From the NCBI GenBank assembly GCA_964450475.1, contig CAYVDF010000001.1:1-32106 (forward strand): a stretch of 32,106 bases of DNA. The letters run 5' to 3'. Both the position numbers and the translations under genes were made by a program. This document shows, in pieces, positions 25,611 to 32,106 of the stretch. This DNA is from an uncultured Pseudactinotalea sp. (lineage in GTDB: Bacteria; Actinomycetota; Actinomycetes; Actinomycetales; Beutenbergiaceae). Below the pieces are notes generated by a model, which had not been told where the DNA came from, did no database searches, and saw only the letters and a program-made list of their open reading frames with translations. How positions within the stretch are numbered: position 1 is the first letter of the stretch; each line of letters begins with the position of its first letter.

Positions 25611-26285
25611 TTATTCTCGGCCGTGCGCTTCGGCAAGGCTCATTCGATGGACTCGTGAGTGATCCCACTCCCGGGTCCATTGCAGCTCATCGAAGATGTA
25701 GGCGAGGAGATTTCCCGTAAATCCCCACACCCAACCCGTGGGGAGTTGGAACCCTGCGGACTTGAATCCGTGCAGGTCAACCGTTGCACGGTTGTCTGGG
25801 TTGAGCAGGTCATCGACTGGAACCCGCAGGGGCTGAAGCACTTCGGAGCGATCCCAAATCTCACTGCGCACGACCTTTGGTGACCAGCCAATGACCGGGG
25901 TGACGATGTTTTCGCTCACCGGCACCGAAAGTTCCCCGATGCTGCCGATCACTTCGATGCAATCTGGGCTGACGCCGGTTTCTTCTAAAGTTTCGCGCAC
26001 GGCCGCCTGCTCGGGCGTCTCCCCTGGATCAATACCGCCACCCGGTAGCGCGATCTGGCCAGGGTGGTAAAGCAAGTGCGGTGAACGCTGGACGAGGAAA
26101 ATATCCATCCCAGACGGCTCGATCACAGCGGGAGCCGCGGGAGTCTCACCTGATGTGAACAGGGCGAGCACCGCGGCATGACGGAATGACTCGGGCTGCC
26201 CGGGTTTCACTCGGTGGGAATCACTGACTGGGGTAAGTAGGCCGCTGCTGGCGCGTTCGAAAAGGTGGTACAGATCCTTAGGCAC
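25611..26285 (-). CDS. Nudix hydrolase, CoA pyrophosphatase type
   Basis: NuCoA-like motif LVQRSPHLLYHPGQIALPGG, Nudix box GGGIDPGETPEQAAVRETLEETGV, VWGFTG. Start reassigned to GTG at 26285, overlapping the putA-like stop by 8 nt. Confidence 0.88.
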   Translation of the reverse strand: MPKDLYHLFERASSGLLTPVSDSHRVKPGQPESFRHAAVLALFTSGETPAAPAVIEPSGMDIFLVQRSPHLLYHPGQIALPGGGIDPGETPEQAAVRETLEETGVSPDCIEVIGSIGELSVPVSENIVTPVIGWSPKVVRSEIWDRSEVLQPLRVPVDDLLNPDNRATVDLHGFKSAGFQLPTGWVWGFTGNLLAYIFDELQWTREWDHSRVHRMSLAEAHGRE

Positions 26286-29200
26286 TCGCCTCGGGGCTCC
26301 CTTCCCCAGCTCCGCTTGGCAGGTGCCCGTAGCGGTGCTCTGTTCGCGAAAGGGCCTGCTCGCGCAGGAATACGAGGAGCTCACGGCGCCCATCTTGCAG
26401 CGCCTCACCTGGCAACACCGCGACAGCCGTGGAGACGGCCTCAGCAATAATCGGTGTTTCCGTGGAATCAAGCACTCGGATCCTACCCGGCTCAATCCAG
26501 GTTGACGCGCGGGTTGTGAATTCGTGGGTCTTCTCAACGCGCCATCCAGCCACGATCCCGCCCGTACTCGCGCTGAGGTCGACGCCAAGCGGCACGCCAT
26601 CACGCGTCGGCGGGGATGCGAGTTCTCCCGTGTCTTCGCGATCGTCGTCAGCCGGCTTTTCGCCGTCGGCAGGGGCCGGCGCCAACCCCATCAGGCCGTG
26701 CCATTCGCGGCGAACGTCCTCAGGGAGCTGGTCGAAAACTTCGGGCGCAACGCTTACCCCGGCGTCAACGCCCGCTGCCCACGCGGCAGCAGTAAGTCGA
26801 AGCACGTCAACGAGTCGAGTGTTCTCACCGGCGCGGATCGTCATGCGCGGCCCTGGACGATAGCGGCAGGCATTCGTCTCGCTTCTGAGTCCCGCGGCGT
26901 CCACGGGCGTTCGATACACCTCGCGTGCGTAGGCATCGCTTTGTGCGGCGAGGTCGAGCCAGTCCTTTTCATCGCTCGTGAGCCAGGTCGATGTTTGTTC
27001 CAGGAGGCCGGCAACGCGCGGGCCAACCTTACCGAGGGCGTTGGGCGGGAGTTTCTGCTTCCACTGCCCGAGCTGGTAGAGGAAGTTCGGACCGCCTGCC
27101 TTAGCACCGGCACCAACGCTGGAGTTCTTCCACCCGCCGAAGGGCTGACGCCCGGGGCGCGCATCGGTGATCGGTTTGTTCACGTAGAGGTTCGCGGCTT
27201 CGATCGTGGCGAGCCACGTCGCGATCTCGTGATCATCAAGGCTGTGAATGCCCGCTGTCAGGCCGAAGTCTGTCGCATTGTGCCACGCGATTGCTTCCTC
27301 CAGATCCTTCGCGACCATGACTCCAAGAACGGGCACCTGCCGAATAGTCAGGTGGAACTCCGAGCCCGGCTTCACACCTGACTTCACCCCGGGACTCCAC
27401 AACGCGCCGTCTTCATCCATCTGGTGTGGCTCAACGACCCACGTCTCACCCTCACCAAGTTCGGTCAGCGTACGCAGGTTGTCTTCCTCTGCTGGCTCAA
27501 CGAGGGGGCCGACGATTGCGGCCGGGTGACTCGCGTGCTCAACTCGAAGCGATTCCACAGCATCGACAAGCGCATCACGAAAACGCGTTGACGTCGCAAC
27601 GGAGCCGACGAGGATCAGCAGGGACGCCGCCGACCGTCGCTGTCCCGCGTGCGTGAACGCCGATTGGACGATTTGCGTGGTAGCAGCCGCGAAGTCAGCA
27701 GATGGCGTGACGATCATGGAGTTCTTGCCCGACGTCTCTCCGAACACTCGAGGCCCGCGTTCATGCCGGGCTCGCAGGGATGTGAATAGCCGTGCTGTCT
27801 CGTAGGTGCCGGTGAGGAGTACGGTATCGACGCCGGGGTGCGCCACGAGGTTGCGACCGATCTCGCCGTCCCCCTGGAGCGCAAGCTCGACCAATTCTGG
27901 AGGCTCGCCGTGCGCGGCAAGTGCTGCGTTGACCGCGTCCATCGCAATCCATGCTGAGCGCGGCGTCTGTGGCGCGGGTTTGAGAATGACCGCGCTGCCC
28001 ACGGCTAGGGCACCCAGCACACCGTTCATCGCATCGACCACGGGAGCACTCCACGATGGCGTCACGAGAACGAGGGCATCAGGGGTGAACTCTAGGCCCT
28101 CGCGATGGATGTAGTTGTCCATGTGAATGACGGAATCGGCGTAATACCGCGCCAGATCAACCGCCATCGAGACTTGCGCATCGGCCTCCGTGAGCACAGC
28201 GCCGGTCTCGTGCGCGAGAGTCGTGATAAGCTGCTCGCGGCGGTTTTCGAGTTCCTTGGCCACTGTGCGGAGCACGGCAGCTCGGTGCTGCGCTGGTTTG
28301 CTCGCCCAGGCTGGTGCTGCGCTGCGTGTCGCCGCGACCATCGCATCGGGGTTGATGTCTGGAGCACTGGGTGCCGGTGGCAGGCCCGCTCGGATTGCCG
28401 AGGTCATGCGGTTTCTCGTCACGGCAAGAGCCGGGTCAGAGTCCGGGGTCGAGGCAAACTCCTCCGTAATCGGAGCCCGTTTGTGGGAGCGCCGCGGCTC
28501 GCGAGATGAATCGCGTTTGGCCGCAGCGAGGAAGGCTTCTTCTTGAGCCAGGAGCCGTTCGGCGTCGTCTTCACCGAGGCGTGCAAGCTCCGGCAACTGA
28601 CGGATGAGGTACGGGATCGTGGGATCGGTGTGGCCAGGTTGCACGACTGGCGCGAGGATCACAACGGGGTTGGCAACCGTCGCCGCGATCGCTTCGGCGT
28701 CAGCAAGGAAGGATGCGCCATGGAGCATCTCGATATCGAGGGCCGGCTCCACGCCCCGCTCCTGCGCGCAGAGGTGCGCGAACGCGAGGTGAAAAAGATT
28801 ATTGCTCGCCACGCCCATGCGCAGCGCATACGCGACCTCGGGGCGCAGCGCTCGGTCAATCAGGTCAAGGAACTGGGCATTGACGTCGACATCCGAGTCA
28901 TATTGGGCGGGCACCCAGCCACGCACTTCAGCCTCGGCGCGCTCTTCGCCCAAGAAACTCCCCTTGACGATCCGCACCTTCAACGGCGCGCGACCGGCCT
29001 GGACGCGGCGGGTCGCAAAGTCGATGAGGCGCTCGACCGCCTCGTAGGAGTCGGGGAGGTACGCCTGTAGGGTAACCCCCGCCGATAGGTGCGCGAACTC
29101 GTCTTCGCTCAGCAGCCGCTCAAACACCTCCACCGTCAGTGCGAGGTTGCGGTAACGACCGAGGTTGAGGTGCACAAATTTCTGCGGCGTTGATGATGCT

Positions 29201-29811
29201 GCCTGTCTCAGGAGCGGGCGTAGGCGATCCGTAACCCGGTCCGCCTCGCCGTCAATGTCCCAGGGATTAACCTGCGCGACGAGCGTCGTCGGGTCGACCG
29301 AGACGTAATCAACATCGGGTCGTTTCAGCAGGTCAGCGAGTTGCCGAACTCGCTTGCGTGCGGCGCGCTCCCCCGTCGGTGGCTCACCAATAAGGTTGAG
29401 GTTGAGTCGGAATCCGCGCGCGAGTGTACCGGCGATGTAGCGGGTCAAGGTGCGGTCATCGGTCTCCAGCACGAGGTGGGAAAAACTTGCGGCCACCCGC
29501 GAGCGTGCGATGGACCCTGCAACCGACGGCACATAGGGCGCGAGCACCCCAGCAACACGCAGGAGGGCTCGGTCAGTCGGTCCGAGGAATGACGCCTGCG
29601 GTGCTAACGCTGGGAGTGCCTGGGCAGCTGCACGCGGGTCTTCCGGGCGAAGAACCCGGTCGAGAAACTGCGCCGCGACATCACGGGCGTGCGGATCGAT
29701 CAGACCCCGCGTCACGGACGTCTTCGCACGATCATGCCGCACCTTCGGCACGCTCGTCGCCCACATGCGCGCCAACGCACTCGTGCGGTTGATCTGATCG
29801 TCCGATTTCAT
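26278..29811 (-). CDS. PutA-like (proline dehydrogenase + GSALDH fold) protein with degenerate active sites
   Basis: PRODH barrel motifs (LNLNLIGE, DYVS, LQAYLPD, KVRIVKG, EML) and ALDH motifs (ILKPAPQT, LTGTYETA, GETSGKN, FGLTAGIHSLD, QPFGGWK) are present, but several catalytic residues are replaced (see findings). Confidence 0.88.
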   Translation of the reverse strand: MKSDDQINRTSALARMWATSVPKVRHDRAKTSVTRGLIDPHARDVAAQFLDRVLRPEDPRAAAQALPALAPQASFLGPTDRALLRVAGVLAPYVPSVAGSIARSRVAASFSHLVLETDDRTLTRYIAGTLARGFRLNLNLIGEPPTGERAARKRVRQLADLLKRPDVDYVSVDPTTLVAQVNPWDIDGEADRVTDRLRPLLRQAASSTPQKFVHLNLGRYRNLALTVEVFERLLSEDEFAHLSAGVTLQAYLPDSYEAVERLIDFATRRVQAGRAPLKVRIVKGSFLGEERAEAEVRGWVPAQYDSDVDVNAQFLDLIDRALRPEVAYALRMGVASNNLFHLAFAHLCAQERGVEPALDIEMLHGASFLADAEAIAATVANPVVILAPVVQPGHTDPTIPYLIRQLPELARLGEDDAERLLAQEEAFLAAAKRDSSREPRRSHKRAPITEEFASTPDSDPALAVTRNRMTSAIRAGLPPAPSAPDINPDAMVAATRSAAPAWASKPAQHRAAVLRTVAKELENRREQLITTLAHETGAVLTEADAQVSMAVDLARYYADSVIHMDNYIHREGLEFTPDALVLVTPSWSAPVVDAMNGVLGALAVGSAVILKPAPQTPRSAWIAMDAVNAALAAHGEPPELVELALQGDGEIGRNLVAHPGVDTVLLTGTYETARLFTSLRARHERGPRVFGETSGKNSMIVTPSADFAAATTQIVQSAFTHAGQRRSAASLLILVGSVATSTRFRDALVDAVESLRVEHASHPAAIVGPLVEPAEEDNLRTLTELGEGETWVVEPHQMDEDGALWSPGVKSGVKPGSEFHLTIRQVPVLGVMVAKDLEEAIAWHNATDFGLTAGIHSLDDHEIATWLATIEAANLYVNKPITDARPGRQPFGGWKNSSVGAGAKAGGPNFLYQLGQWKQKLPPNALGKVGPRVAGLLEQTSTWLTSDEKDWLDLAAQSDAYAREVYRTPVDAAGLRSETNACRYRPGPRMTIRAGENTRLVDVLRLTAAAWAAGVDAGVSVAPEVFDQLPEDVRREWHGLMGLAPAPADGEKPADDDREDTGELASPPTRDGVPLGVDLSASTGGIVAGWRVEKTHEFTTRASTWIEPGRIRVLDSTETPIIAEAVSTAVAVLPGEALQDGRRELLVFLREQALSRTEHRYGHLPSGAGEGSPEASA

Positions 29812-29928
29812 CGCTTCTCACCCTTAATGGAGAAGGGCCGTGGCCCCCTTTAAGATAACAGGCTAACCCGATTACGGTACTTCCCCGCGGTGATCATGCA
29901 GAATTTCACGCGTGTACACTGAGCTGTC

Positions 29929-30618
29929 ATGGCCACCTCGTCCCCCTCCTCCGAAGTTCTCGGCGCAATCTCGCCAGAGAATCCCCAGGAGTTTGACGAT
30001 CCATCCCGCTTGCCCGAGGTATCTTTCGACGGCGCGCTTAGGCGGGTGCAAAGACTTGCTGAGGCATACCTCACCTCGCTACGGCGCCGCCACCCTGGGG
30101 CTACCCCGGCCGATATTCTACACGTCGTGAACCAGCAATTTCTTCTCGCCATGGCGCTTTGCGGAGCAGGCACTGGCCTTGCCTCGCTGCGGGCTCGAAA
30201 AACGTTACCTCTGCTCGGACTCTCTGCCGCGCACATGGGCGCTAGCGGCACGATCGCAGCCTTCTATCTATTCGTGCGAGCCAACCTGTACGGGCTCGGC
30301 CCAGCAGAAACCCGCAACGTCATTGCCACATGCTCATTTGGGGAGAACCCCGGGGGGATCCTCGAACAGCAAGCAGCCGGCACATGGTGGCGCAGCGCGC
30401 TCGCGTACCTGCCAGCCTCGCAGGTCCACTTTGTTAAAGGTGTTAGTGACAGAGCGCTCCGGCGCCCCGCTCGCAAGGGCCGCCTCTCACCGTCAGCAAA
30501 GGCACTTCCCGCAGGAATCGGCACGACCGTCGGCCTGAGTTCTGGCCGTGTCCTTGGTAACCGAGTTATCGACGCGGCCAGCATGCGGATGGGGCCGGCA
30601 CCACTGGCGTTCGAGTGA
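29929..30618 (+). CDS. Hypothetical protein, resembling actinobacterial EcsC-like proteins
   Basis: 229-aa ORF filling the gap before thy[15 protein letters not shown] followed by Gly/Ala-rich helices, and [10 protein letters not shown] near the C-terminus; TACACT-N8-ATG upstream. The family call is from recall only. Confidence 0.65.
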   Translation: MATSSPSSEVLGAISPENPQEFDDPSRLPEVSFDGALRRVQRLAEAYLTSLRRRHPGATPADILHVVNQQFLLAMALCGAGTGLASLRARKTLPLLGLSAAHMGASGTIAAFYLFVRANLYGLGPAETRNVIATCSFGENPGGILEQQAAGTWWRSALAYLPASQVHFVKGVSDRALRRPARKGRLSPSAKALPAGIGTTVGLSSGRVLGNRVIDAASMRMGPAPLAFE

Positions 30619-30632
30619 GTACGATAGGCGCC

Positions 30633-31436
30633 ATGGCTCACATCGATACTCAGTACGAGGATCTGCTCCGGCTCGTCCGTGACACCGGTGCAGTGAAATC
30701 CGACCGCACCGGCACAGGCACGACCTCAATTTTTGGCCACCAGTTGCGCTACAACCTCGCTGAGGGCTTCCCGCTGATCACGACAAAGCGGGTGCACCTA
30801 AAGTCAATCGTTCACGAGCTGTTGTGGTTCCTCAAAGGCGACTCAAACATCGCCTACCTGCAGGAACACGGTGTTCGTATCTGGAACGAGTGGGCGGATG
30901 AGGACGGCGAACTCGGCCCAGTTTATGGCGTTCAGTGGCGTTCATGGCCCACACCAGACGGCGGCCACATCGATCAAATCAGCCAGGTGCTCGAGCAAAT
31001 TCGCACCACTCCGGACTCGCGGCGGATGCTCGTTTCCGCATGGAACGTTGCCGAGCTCGATCAGATGGCGCTCATGCCATGCCATGCGTTCTTCCAGTTT
31101 TATGTTGCCGACGGCAAACTCTCGTGCCAGCTCTACCAACGAAGCGCAGACCTCTTCCTTGGGGTCCCCTTCAATATTGCCTCCTACGCACTTCTGACGC
31201 ACATGATGGCGCAGCAGGCCGGATTAGAGCCCGGGGATTTCATCTGGACCGGCGGCGATTGCCACATTTACGACAACCACGCCGACCAAGTTGCAGAGCA
31301 GCTCTCACGCGACCCGTACCCGTTCCCGACGCTGCAGCTCAACAAGGCCCCCTCGATCTTCGACTACACCTACGACGACATCGCGATCGTGGACTACCAG
31401 CACCACCCCACGATCAGCGCACCTGTCGCCGTTTAA
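30633..31436 (+). CDS. thyA: Thymidylate synthase
   Basis: [51 protein letters not shown], terminal APVAV. Start reassigned to ATG at 30633 (TACGAT-N7-ATG). Confidence 0.98.
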   Translation: MAHIDTQYEDLLRLVRDTGAVKSDRTGTGTTSIFGHQLRYNLAEGFPLITTKRVHLKSIVHELLWFLKGDSNIAYLQEHGVRIWNEWADEDGELGPVYGVQWRSWPTPDGGHIDQISQVLEQIRTTPDSRRMLVSAWNVAELDQMALMPCHAFFQFYVADGKLSCQLYQRSADLFLGVPFNIASYALLTHMMAQQAGLEPGDFIWTGGDCHIYDNHADQVAEQLSRDPYPFPTLQLNKAPSIFDYTYDDIAIVDYQHHPTISAPVAV

Positions 31437-31442
31437 GACACC

Positions 31443-31997
31443 ATGACCAGCGAGCAGCCCGTCCTTACACTCAGCGACGAGTTCAGGATCGGAATGATCT
31501 GGGCACAAACGCCCAATGGAGTGATCGGTGTGGACGGCGGGATGCCGTGGCGTCTGCCTGAGGATCTCGCACATTTCAAAGCAACGACACTTGGGCACTA
31601 CGTTCTCCATGGTCGCTCCTCCTATGAGGCACTGCCTCCGTCGCTGCGGCCACTTCCGGGTAGAAAGAATATTGTTCTGACGACACAGGAGAACTACGAG
31701 GCCGAAGGCGCGATTGTGGCGCACTCCCTCGAAGACGCCTATACCCTAACCGGCGGTGACCCGTTATGGATCGTCGGTGGTGGTCACGTTTATGAACAGG
31801 CACTCGATGACGCCGACGTGCTTGTTATCTCTGAGGTGGATCTGGCCATTGACGGCGACACCTACGCCCCCCGTCTCAACCCGCACGTGTGGGTCTGTGT
31901 GCAGTGCACTGATTGGATCACGTCAACGACGGGACTTCGTTTTCGGGTGACGGAGTATCGCCGCAGTGAAGCCGCGCATGAGCGCATCTGCTGCTAG
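31443..31997 (+). CDS. folA: Dihydrofolate reductase
   Basis: IWAQTPNGVIG, MPWRLPEDLAHFK, RPLPGRKNIVLT, WIVGGG, GDTYAP; 6 nt after thyA. Confidence 0.95.
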   Translation: MTSEQPVLTLSDEFRIGMIWAQTPNGVIGVDGGMPWRLPEDLAHFKATTLGHYVLHGRSSYEALPPSLRPLPGRKNIVLTTQENYEAEGAIVAHSLEDAYTLTGGDPLWIVGGGHVYEQALDDADVLVISEVDLAIDGDTYAPRLNPHVWVCVQCTDWITSTTGLRFRVTEYRRSEAAHERICC

Positions 31998-32067
31998 AGC
32001 GTGAAAGCCCTCCCGCGAAGGGTGCTGCGCCACGTGTAGATGTAGCGGCAAATGTTATTAGAAAAAC

Positions 32068-32106
32068 AGAAAAGGCCCGTCCCCTGGTGGGGGGTGGGCC
32101 TTTTCT
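32068..32106. terminator. Bidirectional intrinsic terminator at the window end
   Basis: agaaaaggccc...gggccttttct inverted repeat. The minus-strand U-tract (TTTTCTGTTTTTCT) is strong; the plus-strand tract is cut off by the window end. Confidence 0.8.

Noticed and set aside
26286-26603. 106-aa N-terminal extension of the Nudix ORF overlapping the PutA-like gene
   Set aside because: It reads as non-protein-like sequence in an alternate frame of the PutA-like C-terminus; GTG at 26285 gives a normal-sized enzyme.
26278-29811. Calling this gene a functional putA, or a pseudogene
   Set aside because: Catalytic residues are missing, so the putA symbol is withheld; the frame is intact with no stops or frameshifts, so pseudogene is not supported either.
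1-32106. CRISPR arrays, IS elements, integrases, prophage or defence genes
   Set aside because: I saw no regularly spaced repeats, no transposase or recombinase motifs and no phage genes on reading; a short degenerate remnant could have been missed.

Overview
High-GC actinobacterial chromosomal segment (Actinomycetales/Micrococcales-like, judged from whiB1, pdtaS, DUF2505 and the tmRNA tag), mostly core genome. I found no CRISPR array, IS element or integrase. From left to right: tmRNA (ssrA) and the prfB-ftsE-ftsX-M23 peptidase-smpB cluster (minus strand); an accessory block (aldehyde dehydrogenase, Bcr/CflA MFS pump, a coupled FMO/bile-acid:Na+ symporter/SDR operon, an atypical asparaginase); an SRAP (YedK/HMCES) gene; a NarL-type two-component system with a MacB/FtsX-type ABC exporter; an FHA-FtsK (EccC/EssC-like) ATPase with no secretion partners in the window; the whiB1-pdtaS locus; DUF2505; a CoA-type Nudix hydrolase; a full-length PutA homologue; a hypothetical gene; and thyA-folA. 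The most notable observations are: (1) the 1177-aa PutA homologue is an intact ORF but has lost catalytic residues of both active sites, including the GSALDH Cys, and overlaps the start of a Nudix gene, making it a candidate pseudoenzyme module; (2) a 40-aa single-pass membrane ORF, absent from the ORF track, lies between smpB and ssrA; (3) pdtaS and DUF2505 appear to be leaderless genes driven by one 10-bp bidirectional -10 element; (4) the asparaginase has HGTGA in place of HGTDT. All protein calls rest on motif recognition, not database searches.
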